DNA of 64,000 nt, from positions 1 to 64,000 of the forward strand of contig JBBDYJ010000015.1 in assembly GCA_040901675.1 (NCBI GenBank). Direction: 5' to 3'. The position numbers and the translations under genes are program-made. The stretch's first letter is position 1; each line of letters opens with the position of its first letter. Origin of the DNA: Pirellulales bacterium. GTDB lineage: Bacteria; Planctomycetota; Planctomycetia; Pirellulales; JAICIG01. The notes under the pieces were generated by a model. The model made no database searches. It was not told the DNA's origin and was given only the letters and a program-made list of their open reading frames with translations. Below, piece by piece: positions 19,334 to 29,298 of the stretch.

Positions 19334-20625
19334 GCTTTGCCGGTAAAGATGGTCTGGTCCCGGTCTGGTCCGACGGAAACGATCTGGACTTCGCGGCCGA
19401 TCACCTCGCTGATGCGATCCAGGTAGGCGCGGGCCTTGGCGGGCAAGCCGGCCACCGTGCGCACGTCGCTGATCTCCCGCTTCCAGCCCGGCAGCGTCTC
19501 GTACACCGGGCGGGCGCGGCGCAGGTCCTCGACGTGGCTGGGGAAGACCGTCACACGCTGGCCGTCCAGCTCGTAGGCGGTGCAGATCTTGATCTCCTCC
19601 AGCTCGCTCAGCACGTCCAGCAGCATAATCGCCAGGGAGTCGACCCCGCCCAGCCGGGCGGTATAGCGGACGGCCACCGCGTCAAACCAGCCGCATCGCC
19701 TGGGCCGCAGCGTGACCGTGCCGTATTCGTGGCCTCGGTCGCGCAGGTGCTGCCCCGTGGCGTTGTCTTGCTCGGTGGGGAAGGGCCCTCCGCCGACCCG
19801 TGTGCTGTAGGCCTTGACCACGCCGATGATCTTGTCCAAATACCGCCCCGGAACGCCTGCCCCGGCCGGGATGCCGACGCCTGAACTGTTGCTGCTGGTC
19901 ACATAGGGAAACGTGCCGTGATCGACGTCGAGCAGCGACCCCTGCGCGCCTTCGAACAACACCCGCCGGCCCGCTTCCAGGGCGTCGAGCAAATAGGTGG
20001 TCGTGTCGGCCACGTGGGGTCTCAGTCGCTCGGCATAGGCTCGGTATTCGGCCAGCACCCGGCAGGCTTCCAGCCGCTCGAAGGGGGCGCCGCCGGCCAG
20101 AGCGGCGATCAGCACGTTCTTGTCCGCCACGACCCGCTCGATGCGGCTGCCGAAGCTTTCGCGGTACATATCGCCCAGGCGGATTGCGTCGCTGCGTCCC
20201 ACCTTGTCGCGGTAGCAGGGTCCGATGCCGCGCATCGTCGTGCCGATCGCCTCGCCGTTGGAGGCCCGCCCCTCGACCAGACGGTCTTCGGCCAGGTGCC
20301 AGGGAAAGATGACGTGGGCCCGGTCGCTGATCATCAGGTTGCGGCCCACCTGGACGCCGCGGGCCACCAGGCCGTCGATCTCGGCCAGGATGCTGGGCGG
20401 GCTGAGGACCACGCCGCCCGTGATCACGCACTGCACCTCGGGGCGCAGGATGCCGCTTGGAATCAACGAGAGCTTATACGTCTGGCCGCCGGTGACGACC
20501 GTGTGGCCGGCGTTGGCGCCCCCCTGGTACCGGACGACGACGTCGTGCCCCTCGGTCAAGAGGTCGACGATCTTGCCTTTGGCTTCGTCGCCCCATTGCA
20601 AACCGATGACACACGTACCAGGCAC
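19330..20625 (-). CDS. purA: Adenylosuccinate synthetase
   Basis: GLQWGDEAKGKIVD, GGANAGHT, FEGAQG, YSTRVGGGPFPTE, RRCGWFD; GTG start. Confidence 0.97.
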   Translation of the reverse strand: MPGTCVIGLQWGDEAKGKIVDLLTEGHDVVVRYQGGANAGHTVVTGGQTYKLSLIPSGILRPEVQCVITGGVVLSPPSILAEIDGLVARGVQVGRNLMISDRAHVIFPWHLAEDRLVEGRASNGEAIGTTMRGIGPCYRDKVGRSDAIRLGDMYRESFGSRIERVVADKNVLIAALAGGAPFERLEACRVLAEYRAYAERLRPHVADTTTYLLDALEAGRRVLFEGAQGSLLDVDHGTFPYVTSSNSSGVGIPAGAGVPGRYLDKIIGVVKAYSTRVGGGPFPTEQDNATGQHLRDRGHEYGTVTLRPRRCGWFDAVAVRYTARLGGVDSLAIMLLDVLSELEEIKICTAYELDGQRVTVFPSHVEDLRRARPVYETLPGWKREISDVRTVAGLPAKARAYLDRISEVIGREVQIVSVGPDRDQTIFTGKA

Positions 20626-20755
20626 GTACCGCTCCTGATCCAGCTCCCAACATTCCAAACTAATCAGTCTAGGACGGCCCACACAAGGGTCAAGCCAAAA
20701 TGAGAACGAGCGTGAAGCCACGGTCGCCGCCTTGGCCGCCCATCGGGGCGGCCAC

Positions 20756-21280
20756 TCAACCTCGTGGAAACTGCCGGCAGAACTCGTAAAGGGCCATGGC
20801 GGCCGCCGTCGCCACGTTGTAGCTGGCCGGCCGGCCGTAGACGGGAACCTCCACGGCGTGATCGACCAGGTCCAGCACCTGCTCGTCGAGACCTTGGCGC
20901 TCGTTGCCCAGCACCAGCACCGTCCTGCGGGCGAACGCGAAGTCGAACAGGCTATGCGACCCGGTCGTTTGCTCCAAAGCCACCAGTTGGTAACCCTGGG
21001 CCTTGAGCTCCTTGAGCGGCCCAGGCAGCGTGCGGTGGACGCGAATCTCCACGGCCGAATCGCCGTCGCCCTCGTTGTCGTCCACGCTGTCGCGGGCGAT
21101 CTTGTCGATGATGCGTGCCGTGCCGCAGCAGATCACTTGCCTCACCCCAGTGCAGCCGGCGGTCCGCACGATCCGCGACAGGTTCACGTTGCTGCGCATC
21201 GGCGCGCAGGCAACGATGAGTTCCCTGGGCCGTTCGAGCGGCGTGGGCGGCTTCTGCCGCTGCTGGGCGAATCGGGGCAT
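20756..21280 (-). CDS. SpoU/TrmH-family RNA methyltransferase
   Basis: NVNLSRIVRTA, LVLGNERQGL, VPVYGRPASYNVATA (SPOUT motifs). Confidence 0.88.
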   Translation of the reverse strand: MPRFAQQRQKPPTPLERPRELIVACAPMRSNVNLSRIVRTAGCTGVRQVICCGTARIIDKIARDSVDDNEGDGDSAVEIRVHRTLPGPLKELKAQGYQLVALEQTTGSHSLFDFAFARRTVLVLGNERQGLDEQVLDLVDHAVEVPVYGRPASYNVATAAAMALYEFCRQFPRG

Positions 21281-21358
21281 GGGCAACGGGATCTCGCCCG
21301 CGAGGTGCGGGGCCCTGCGGCCATCACAGCACCAGGGGGGACGCAGTGCTTTCCGCCG

Positions 21359-21853
21359 TCACCACGACCGATGCGCGACTTCCTGGCCGACGATCTCCAG
21401 GTTGTCCTGGTAATAGGCGATGGCTTCGGTCGGGTTCAGGTTAAAGATCGCTCGGCCGTCGGTCTGCCAGCGGCCCCGCTCGACGCGGAACACGGCGGTG
21501 GCCGCCCGCAAATTGCCGACGGCTTCCACGCCTTCCATCAGGCCGCCTTCGATCGCCTCGAAACCGATGGTCACGGCCACCAAGGCGCATAGCTCGCCGC
21601 TGTGGCGATCGCGGGCATAGGCCACGTCGTCGTCGAACTCGCAGGCGGTCCACCGCAATCCGCGGGGCTTGCCGCTCGTGGAGGCCAACTGCACGAACTT
21701 GGCTTCGAGCCGCTCGCGCTGCTGGTGGAACTCTTTGCGGGCCCGTTCGTATTGCGCCGAACGCCGGGCCCCTCGCATCGGCCGCCAAGCGATGCAAACC
21801 ACGATGGCCAAGATGGCCGTCGTGCCGGCGACGATCCAAATCCATTCCGGCAT
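21359..21853 (-). CDS. Hypothetical protein with N-terminal TM helix
   Basis: TM anchor, SGKPRGLRW, GRAIFNLNP; host-like codon usage. Confidence 0.8.
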   Translation of the reverse strand: MPEWIWIVAGTTAILAIVVCIAWRPMRGARRSAQYERARKEFHQQRERLEAKFVQLASTSGKPRGLRWTACEFDDDVAYARDRHSGELCALVAVTIGFEAIEGGLMEGVEAVGNLRAATAVFRVERGRWQTDGRAIFNLNPTEAIAYYQDNLEIVGQEVAHRSW

Positions 21854-21996
21854 GATCTCGACTCCGATCGACGTGTCCGATGGCGCAGTCCAACTAAGAT
21901 TCTAAGGCCCCGGCGGCTCGTCTGGCAAGCAGCTTGCGCCGTTGCGGAAAAACCACGCCCTGTCCCGGCAGTCCGGCCAGGTGTAGATTTGGCTGT

Positions 21997-22851
21997 ATGC
22001 CGATTCTGGGAGCCCACATGTCGATCGCCGGCGGCCATTACAAGGCGGTCGAGCTGGCGATGGCCCGCGGCTGCCAATGCGTGCAGTTGTTCACCAAGAA
22101 CAGCAACCAGTGGCGGTGCCGCGAGTTGACCGCCCAGGATGGCGAGCGTTTCCGCCTGGCGCTGGAGGCATCGGGCGTGGCGCACCCGATTGCCCACGAC
22201 TCCTACCTCATTAACCTGGCCAGTCCCGACGAAGCGCTTTGGCGCAAAAGCATCGCGGCTTTTGCCGACGAGCTGCGCCGCGCAGAACAGTTGGGCCTGG
22301 GCTTTCTGGTCACTCATCCGGGCTCGTCGACCACAAGCAGCGAAGAACAAGGGATTCTGCGGATCATCGCGGCCCTGGATGAAGTCCACGGCATTGCCCC
22401 CGGCTTACGGGTCCGCACGCTGCTGGAAACAACTGCCGGCCAGGGAACCGCGCTGGGGTGGCGGTTCGAGCACCTGGCCAGGATTCTCGACGGCGTCAAC
22501 GATCCTGACCGTTTGGGGGTCTGCGTCGACACCTGCCACATCTTTGCGGCCGGCTATCCACTGGCCAGCCGCCGGGATTACCTGGCCACCATCCGAAAAC
22601 TGGCGAAGGTCATCGGGCTCGATCGGGTTCAAGCCTTTCACTTGAACGACAGCAAGCGCGAACTCGGCTCGCGGGTCGACCGCCACGCCCACATCGGCGA
22701 GGGACAGCTTGGACTCGATCCATTCCGTCATTTGCTCAACGACCCCCGCTTCGGCAAGGTGCCCATGTATCTCGAAACCCCCAAAGGCCGGCGCGACGGC
22801 CTCGACCTCGACGTAATCAACCTCGCCACCCTGCGGGGACTCGTGGAGTAG
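21997..22851 (+). CDS. nfo: Endonuclease IV
   Basis: LGAHMSIAGG, HDSYLINLAS, ETTAGQG, DTCHIFAAGY, HLNDSK, DRHAHIGEG, LETP. Confidence 0.96.
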   Translation: MPILGAHMSIAGGHYKAVELAMARGCQCVQLFTKNSNQWRCRELTAQDGERFRLALEASGVAHPIAHDSYLINLASPDEALWRKSIAAFADELRRAEQLGLGFLVTHPGSSTTSSEEQGILRIIAALDEVHGIAPGLRVRTLLETTAGQGTALGWRFEHLARILDGVNDPDRLGVCVDTCHIFAAGYPLASRRDYLATIRKLAKVIGLDRVQAFHLNDSKRELGSRVDRHAHIGEGQLGLDPFRHLLNDPRFGKVPMYLETPKGRRDGLDLDVINLATLRGLVE

Positions 22852-23060
22852 AGATGCACCCTGCGTGGCGTTCGATCGGCCGCGCTTCTTTGCCCTTTCT
22901 TGACTTTCTTGACTAATCCGTGGATTCCCTTCGACCCTGCGCGAACCGCCCTCCTCATCAACGTCTTTGCCCGCCCAAAAGTTGACCGGCCCCCAGGGCA
23001 CGGCTACCATTGAAAGCGCCACCCCCGGTACATGCTATCCGTCTTCTCGATCATGGCCGA

Positions 23061-23639
23061 ATGACCATGGGCCTGACGTACTTCAAGCGATTCAGGATGG
23101 AGTTCGACCTGAATCTTCTCGCGTCCGGCGAGCCGGCGGTACCGCCCGGATATCGCCTCGTTGCCTGGCAGCCGGAGCTGCTGCCCGCCCACGCCGAGGC
23201 CAAGTACCTCAGCTTTCGAACGGAAATCGATGCCAACGTCTTTCCCTGCCTGGGCGACTTCGACGGCTGCGTGCGGCTGATGCAGGAAATCACCCAGAAG
23301 GACGGCTTTCTCGCCGAAGCCACCTGGCTGGTCGCTTTGCGCGGAGCGTCCGGCGAAGCCGCCTCCGAAGTCTGCGGAACCGTCCAGGGCATCCGCGACC
23401 GTTCCGGCATAGGCGCCATACAGAACCTGGGCATCACCCCCGAACACCGGGGCCGCGGCCTGGGAAGCCTGCTCATGCTCAAGGCCCTCGACGGTTTCCG
23501 CCGTGCCGGTCTGCGGCGGGCCTTCTTGGAAGTCACAGCCCAGAACGACGGGGCCATCAAGCTCTACCGGCGGCTGGGGTTCCACAAGGCCCGCACCGTG
23601 TACAAGGCGGTTGAAGTCGCTTCGTACGCGATCCGGTAG
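23061..23639 (+). CDS. GNAT-family acetyltransferase
   Basis: NLGITPEHRGRGLG acetyl-CoA motif, LEVTAQNDGAIKLYRRLGF. Confidence 0.92.
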   Translation: MTMGLTYFKRFRMEFDLNLLASGEPAVPPGYRLVAWQPELLPAHAEAKYLSFRTEIDANVFPCLGDFDGCVRLMQEITQKDGFLAEATWLVALRGASGEAASEVCGTVQGIRDRSGIGAIQNLGITPEHRGRGLGSLLMLKALDGFRRAGLRRAFLEVTAQNDGAIKLYRRLGFHKARTVYKAVEVASYAIR

Positions 23640-23658
23640 ATTCTAGCGGCGGCGACCC

Positions 23659-23687
23659 TTGCTCCGCGCGTGCGTGCGTGATAAACT
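23659..23687 (+). promoter_or_regulatory. Candidate sigma70 promoter of the glycosyltransferase island
   Basis: TTGCTC-17 bp-TAAACT, about 45 bp upstream of ATG 23733. Confidence 0.4.
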
Positions 23688-23732
23688 TCTTGAAGCGAAG
23701 CGAGCGAGCGGGGGAGAGGGGTTACCCTATCT

Positions 23733-25736
23733 ATGCGCGCCAGCATCATCATCGCGGCGCATAACGAGGGCGAGGCCCTCTGGAAGACGATCCACTCCTG
23801 TGTCGAGACCTGCGTCGGCCTGGACTACGAGATTCTGATCGCGGACGACGCCTCCCGCGACCTGTCGGTCCAGGAGGCCCAGCGGCGCTTCCCCCAGGTG
23901 CGGGTCTTCCGGCACGAGAAGCGCCAGGGGGCTTCGCCGACCAAGGCTCTGGGCGCCCGGAGCGCCCGGGGTGAGGTGCTGATCTTCCTCGACGGGCACA
24001 CGAAACCGGAATACGGTGCCATCAAGCGACTGCTGGCGGACGTGGAGGAGCTTCGGGGTACGGCAGTCGTAACGCCGGCGATCCCCGCCCTTCACGTGGA
24101 GAAGTGGCGCAACAGCCCGCTCCAGATCGGCCACGGCTACTCCGTGAATCTGGACACCTTCGAGTGCGGTTGGGTGACGCTGGAGAGCTTGCGCAAGGGA
24201 GTGGAAGAGCGGCAGCGGTTCTATGAGTCTCCGTCCCTCATCGGCTGCGCCTTGGCGGTGCACCGCGAACTCTACGAGAAGCTCTGGGGCTTCGATCCCC
24301 AAATGTTCTCCTGGGGCGCGGAGGACCTCGACTTCGGGCTGAAATGTTGGCTGATGGGTCACCCCATCCTCCACGACCCCGAGGCTCTCATAGGCCATAA
24401 GTTCCGCACCCGCTTCGAGAATTACCGCGTGCCATTTGAGCACCTGGTTGCCAACCAGCTCCGCATGGCGCGCAAGAACTTCACCGAGGTGGTTTGGAGG
24501 GAGTGGACCGAGCGCTGCCGAGAGCGGCATCCGGGCCGGCTAAGTGAGCACCCCGAGGGGCTCTGGGCGCGGGTCTGGGAGGTATTTCTGGAGCACCGCT
24601 TAAGCTGCGAGCATGAGCGCAGCTACCTATTGGGCCACCGAGTCTACGACGAGTTCTGGTACGCCGAGCGCTTCGATCTCTCCTGGCCGCGCCTCACCAC
24701 GGCCGCCGCGCCCTCCGCCGCCGTGACCGCCCTCGGTCCCGAGCCTAGCCCATCCCCTAGCCCACCGCCGCCATGCCCCGATGGCAGTGCCGATCAAGAT
24801 CCGGGGTGTTACCAAGCCCGAAGCCTGATGGATAAAGTTCTATGGCGCCGGAGGGTGGCCGATGAACCTTGGAATTGGGTCGAGAAAACGATAGCTGGCG
24901 AACAGGTCTGGGAAATAGTTCCCACCGCTCTGACTGATGACGATCCTAGCACCACTTTAACCGAGCCACCTGGAAGCGGTAAGCCGCGCAATACGAACGA
25001 TATTCAAACGCGATGCAAGTACTCCGACTTTAGATTGACGCTGATGTTTCGCAGTCCAAATCTTCGTTCAGAATGGACCGACTGTAACAGCGCAGTCAAA
25101 GGACCGCGAAACTGGGGTAACAGCGGCTTCAAATGGTTCACGGTTAATGGCTATGAAGTCCAAATCCTGGACAGTCACGGTGCCACCATGAGTGCTTCCG
25201 GGAACAAGACGGATCTTGGGGGCTGTCACATTGGGGGGATGCACGCCGTAACCGATGATGAGGTTTGTGGAGCGCTATACAAGGTTCGGAAACCCGACTC
25301 CAATCCGGTCAATCAGGCGGTGACTGACGTTGCGCAGCCAGGCGAGTACATTCCTGACGGCACATGGAACATGCTCGCGATAGATTTCATGGCCGCTCGG
25401 TACAAGTGGGACGACGTCAACAGCAACTGGATAAGGGTAAAATGTTCCACAATCACCGTCAGATTAAACGGGGCAACCGTGCACGAGCGTATCGGCTTGG
25501 CTCCAAAATCGGGTGGGCCTTTCGATGAGACTACTGACTTGGTTCAGGACACACTGTACGATACGCCAGGCGACACCAAGGGATGGTGTAAGGCTCGGGG
25601 CCCCATCATTCTGCAGGAGCATGACAGCAGAGTGCAGTTCAAAGACATCAATATTGATCCGACATGGTTGCCTATGACTGGAGGCCAGTTCAATCCAGCG
25701 TGGCAGCAGGAAACGAATTGTCTTTCAAGAGAGTAG
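23733..25736 (+). CDS. GT-A glycosyltransferase (GT2/GT27 ppGalNAc-T-like) fused via Pro/Ser/Thr linker to a DUF1080-like domain
   Basis: SIIIAAHNEG, DDAS, FLDGH, WGAEDLD, IGHKFR; linker TTAAAPSAAVTALGPEPSPSPSPPPP; DUF1080 motifs GNSG, YEVQILDS, CGALY, GPIILQEH..VQFKDINI. Confidence 0.85.
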   Translation: MRASIIIAAHNEGEALWKTIHSCVETCVGLDYEILIADDASRDLSVQEAQRRFPQVRVFRHEKRQGASPTKALGARSARGEVLIFLDGHTKPEYGAIKRLLADVEELRGTAVVTPAIPALHVEKWRNSPLQIGHGYSVNLDTFECGWVTLESLRKGVEERQRFYESPSLIGCALAVHRELYEKLWGFDPQMFSWGAEDLDFGLKCWLMGHPILHDPEALIGHKFRTRFENYRVPFEHLVANQLRMARKNFTEVVWREWTERCRERHPGRLSEHPEGLWARVWEVFLEHRLSCEHERSYLLGHRVYDEFWYAERFDLSWPRLTTAAAPSAAVTALGPEPSPSPSPPPPCPDGSADQDPGCYQARSLMDKVLWRRRVADEPWNWVEKTIAGEQVWEIVPTALTDDDPSTTLTEPPGSGKPRNTNDIQTRCKYSDFRLTLMFRSPNLRSEWTDCNSAVKGPRNWGNSGFKWFTVNGYEVQILDSHGATMSASGNKTDLGGCHIGGMHAVTDDEVCGALYKVRKPDSNPVNQAVTDVAQPGEYIPDGTWNMLAIDFMAARYKWDDVNSNWIRVKCSTITVRLNGATVHERIGLAPKSGGPFDETTDLVQDTLYDTPGDTKGWCKARGPIILQEHDSRVQFKDINIDPTWLPMTGGQFNPAWQQETNCLSRE

Positions 25737-25748
25737 CGGAGGCTCAAA

Positions 25749-27125
25749 ATGTCGATGACTCGTATGTTCTGGCGGATGACCGTTTTAAGCTGTCACCTGC
25801 TTTTAGTCACCCCAGCTGACGCTCGCGGGGAGGGCCCGCGCTCCACTTCGCAGCGCGAAGAAACACAGGAGCTGGTCGAGCATCTGAGCGGCGAACTGGG
25901 CCTGGACGAGATTCCGCCTGAGCGGGGCGGTGGCTATTTAGTGGACACGAGATTCGGGAACGGCTGTGTCCAAGACATGGAACTGCTTGGCAGCATTGAA
26001 CGAGTTCGCGCCTTCTATTTCAATGACGAATTCAGCTCGGAAGGCTGGGCATTGTTGGCGAGGCATCCTGGCTTGGAGGTCTTGAAATGTACTGGATCGG
26101 GCAGCATCACAGACGCCGATCTCGCCTGTTTGCAGAAGTTAACCGGGCTGCGAGAACTGGCGCTTGAGAGCGAAGGCGAAAGGCCCAACCGCTTCAGCGA
26201 GCGAAGCCTTGAGGCGCTCCCCGCAATGCATCGCCTCGAGAGATTGGTCCTCGAGGGGGAGGGTGTTAACGATGCCGGACTAGACCATGTGCGGAGGGTC
26301 ACGAGTCTAGTATCGCTTAAACTCGCCGGGAGGTTTACCGATGAGGGCGTCGCTCGGCTGTCCGGATTGAAGGACCTGCGGGTGCTCGTCCTTCGCGGCG
26401 AGTTTACGGATGAAGGGCTCGTGCATGTCGCGCAGCTCCGGAAGCTTGAGGCCCTGGTCATCTGGAGTGACCGGTTGACGGGTGCGGGGCTTAGCCACCT
26501 CGCCGGGCTCGATCGACTCACGATGCTCAAGTTCGTGGGTAGCCGCGGCGGCGAAATGAGCCTTCAGGGCCTGGAGGACTGGCCGGCCCTTGAGGCCTTG
26601 AATCTGGCGTCAAGCACCACCGACGACGCTTTACTGGCGACACTCGGAGAGTTGCCCCGTTTGAAATCGCTTTCCCTCCAGGGCGCATCCATCACCGATG
26701 AGGGACTGGCCGCCTTGTCCGGTTTGACGAGCCTGGAGGAACTCGACCTGCAATTCACCAACGTCACGTCGCAAGGGATTCGTTACCTGCTTCCATTGAA
26801 GGGCCTACGGATACTTGTGTTGGGTCATCCTCACGGCGAACGCCTTATCTCGGACGAGGGGGTTAGGTTGCTCGCGAAGCTGCCCGATCTCGAGCAACTC
26901 AACATGGTTCACGCGGACCTGGGAGGGGGCCGGCTTCAGCACCTGGCGCAAATCAAATCGTTACGCAACCTCAACGTGGAATTCAAGGACGAAAAGATGG
27001 TGGAAGATTGGAAGGCATTCCAGGCCCTTCGCCCCGACATACAGCGCGTTCAGCAGTGGATCCGTGTGAAGGCGTTCCAGCCGAACTTCCCGACGTTTGG
27101 CGAGATTGAAGTATTGCGACCGTAG
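25749..27125 (+). CDS. Leucine-rich repeat protein with probable signal peptide
   Basis: Repeated ITDEGLxxLxxLxxLxxLxL units; N-terminus ends LLLVTPADA. Confidence 0.88.
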   Translation: MSMTRMFWRMTVLSCHLLLVTPADARGEGPRSTSQREETQELVEHLSGELGLDEIPPERGGGYLVDTRFGNGCVQDMELLGSIERVRAFYFNDEFSSEGWALLARHPGLEVLKCTGSGSITDADLACLQKLTGLRELALESEGERPNRFSERSLEALPAMHRLERLVLEGEGVNDAGLDHVRRVTSLVSLKLAGRFTDEGVARLSGLKDLRVLVLRGEFTDEGLVHVAQLRKLEALVIWSDRLTGAGLSHLAGLDRLTMLKFVGSRGGEMSLQGLEDWPALEALNLASSTTDDALLATLGELPRLKSLSLQGASITDEGLAALSGLTSLEELDLQFTNVTSQGIRYLLPLKGLRILVLGHPHGERLISDEGVRLLAKLPDLEQLNMVHADLGGGRLQHLAQIKSLRNLNVEFKDEKMVEDWKAFQALRPDIQRVQQWIRVKAFQPNFPTFGEIEVLRP

Positions 27126-27398
27126 CGGTTGCCTGCCCTTGGAGAGCGGTCGCCTGCGATTTTTAAACGGAAGATGACCACAGCATCCACTCTCGAAGCT
27201 CGACTGCGGGCTCCGCCGGCGCCCCTTGATAGCCTGCCGCCACGCACTCTAGGCGATTACCAAGTGGTCCCGGGCCACGCGGGCCGGCGTGCCCCTTTTT
27301 CTGGTTCGATCGGGGCGACCCACACGTTTTCTGCGGGGCTGCCGGCAAGTTTTGTCGCGCCAGGCGCGAACTCGGGCCTCCAGCTAGCCGAGCGGCCG

Positions 27399-28565
27399 AT
27401 GCCTCCACAGGACGACGGCTCAAAGCTGACAGCGACGCTGATCCTGGGCCGCGCCAACTACCTGGGAATAACGATGATCGCAGATGGCGACGAGATCAAG
27501 TGGCGCCCGGAGGATCGACCGCCCCCAGACCTGATCTGGAACATCCACCGCCACAAGTGCGCGTTACTTGCGATCCTTGCCGCGCGCGATCCAGAGATTT
27601 ACGAAGGCATGGGGGCGGAGTTGCTGTTGAAGCTGATTGAACAGCCGTGGCGAACCTGGCCGGCCGGCTGGGAGCATTGGCCGGTGACCCGGTTCGTCTA
27701 CCGATTAGCCGCCGAGCAGTACTTTGCGAGCCTCAGCGATGAGCCGGCGCCAGGCGAGGGCAAGGGCATCGTTTTGGTCGGTGGCGGGATTCGCTACTTC
27801 CCATCTGTCTGGGTCAATATAAGGGTCTTGCGCCGGCGCGGCTGTTCGCTTCCGGTTGAACTCTGGCACCTGGGACGGCACGAGATCGGCCCAAAAATGG
27901 AGAAGATATTGGAGCCGTTTGGCGTCCGCTGCGTCAGCGCAGAGCAGAGCGAGCGCCAGCGGCCGGCTCGCGTGCTTAACGGCTGGGAACTGAAGTCGTA
28001 TGCACTCTTGAACAGCCGCTTTCGCGAAATCGTTTATCTCGATGCCGATAATCACGTCCTGATCAATCCCGATACAATCTTCACCTGGCCGCAGTACCGC
28101 GATGTGGGGGCGGTCCTCTGGCCGGACGGCACCGGCATGGACCCATGGCCGCCGGATTCGCCTGTGTGGGAGGTCGCCAGTGTGCCCTATCGGCACGAGT
28201 TTCAGGTGGAAGCCGGCCAGCTGGTCATTGACAAGGCCCGCTGCACCAAGGCGCTACGCATGGTCCACTGGTACGATCAGCACAGCGACTACTTTTACCG
28301 CTTCTGGTGGGGCGATAAGGAGTCGTTTCACTTTGGTTTCCGCAAGGCCGGCAAGCCATACTCCATGACATCAAAGCCGAACCAAGCCCTGCAGTGCTGC
28401 ATTTGCCAGCATGACTTCGACGGTCGCAGGATTTTCCAGCACCGAGTCGGCGACAAGTGGCGACTCGCAGAGGGCAATCTACGGGTCGCCGGCTTTGTAG
28501 ATGAGGAGTTGTGCTTTGGCTTTCTGGCTGAGCTTCGCGCCCGCTGGAATGGAGCGATCGAATGA
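27399..28565 (+). CDS. Mnn2/Mnn5-like (GT71) alpha-mannosyltransferase with small N-terminal domain
   Basis: GIVLVGGG, LRRRGCSLPVELWH, GWELKSYALLNSRFREIVYLDADN, AVLWPD, EAGQLVIDK, GDKESF; start uncertain (ORF open from 27129). Confidence 0.8.
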   Translation: MPPQDDGSKLTATLILGRANYLGITMIADGDEIKWRPEDRPPPDLIWNIHRHKCALLAILAARDPEIYEGMGAELLLKLIEQPWRTWPAGWEHWPVTRFVYRLAAEQYFASLSDEPAPGEGKGIVLVGGGIRYFPSVWVNIRVLRRRGCSLPVELWHLGRHEIGPKMEKILEPFGVRCVSAEQSERQRPARVLNGWELKSYALLNSRFREIVYLDADNHVLINPDTIFTWPQYRDVGAVLWPDGTGMDPWPPDSPVWEVASVPYRHEFQVEAGQLVIDKARCTKALRMVHWYDQHSDYFYRFWWGDKESFHFGFRKAGKPYSMTSKPNQALQCCICQHDFDGRRIFQHRVGDKWRLAEGNLRVAGFVDEELCFGFLAELRARWNGAIE

Positions 28566-28638
28566 GCAGTGTCACCGGGCCACTGCGTGACCCGTTCCCC
28601 GCTCGCGGAGCGAGTGCACTACAGTTGGAGCCGTCTGC

Positions 28639-29184
28639 GTGAGAAGCCCGGTGTTGGAGGAGCTGTACCGCGTCGCCCGCGAGCGGCCCAGCGACATCAA
28701 TGAACATGTGCCCACGCTGTACCGCTACGCCAGCACCTGCCGGCACATCACCGAGTTCGGCACCCGGGCTGGCGTCTCTACGGCCGCCTTCCTCTACGCG
28801 CAGCCGGATTTCCTCTGCTGCTACGACGTCCACCCCAGCAACCAGGTCTTTGAGCTGGAAATCGTTGCGAACACCAGCCGGACCGGTTTCGCCTTTTACC
28901 AGGAGGACGTTCTCAAACTTGAGATCGAGCCGACCGACCTGCTCTTCATCGACACGCTGCACACCTACGACCAAATGCGGCAGGAACTGGCCCTGCACGG
29001 CAACAAAACCCGCCGCTACCTCATCTTCCACGATACGGAAACCTTCGGAGAGCAGGGAGAGATGCCCGGTACGCGCGGCATTTGGCCCGCCATCGCGGAA
29101 TTCCTGCGCAGCAACGAGCACTGGCGCATCACCCAGCACTTCACCCATAACCACGGACTGACCGTTTTGACGAGGCTGTCATAG
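28639..29184 (+). CDS. Class I SAM-dependent methyltransferase (Methyltransf_24-like)
   Basis: EFGTRAGVST, DLLFIDTLHTY, IFHDT. Confidence 0.82.
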   Translation: MRSPVLEELYRVARERPSDINEHVPTLYRYASTCRHITEFGTRAGVSTAAFLYAQPDFLCCYDVHPSNQVFELEIVANTSRTGFAFYQEDVLKLEIEPTDLLFIDTLHTYDQMRQELALHGNKTRRYLIFHDTETFGEQGEMPGTRGIWPAIAEFLRSNEHWRITQHFTHNHGLTVLTRLS

Positions 29185-29298
29185 TTATAGTTGCAACCTA
29201 TCGTGTGGGGGGTGCGGCTGGAGCGGTGACTTGCAGAAGCTCCGGCGCTTCGTGCAGGTTCAAGATTCCCTTGCCGAGTTGGGAATGATCAAGTTCGG

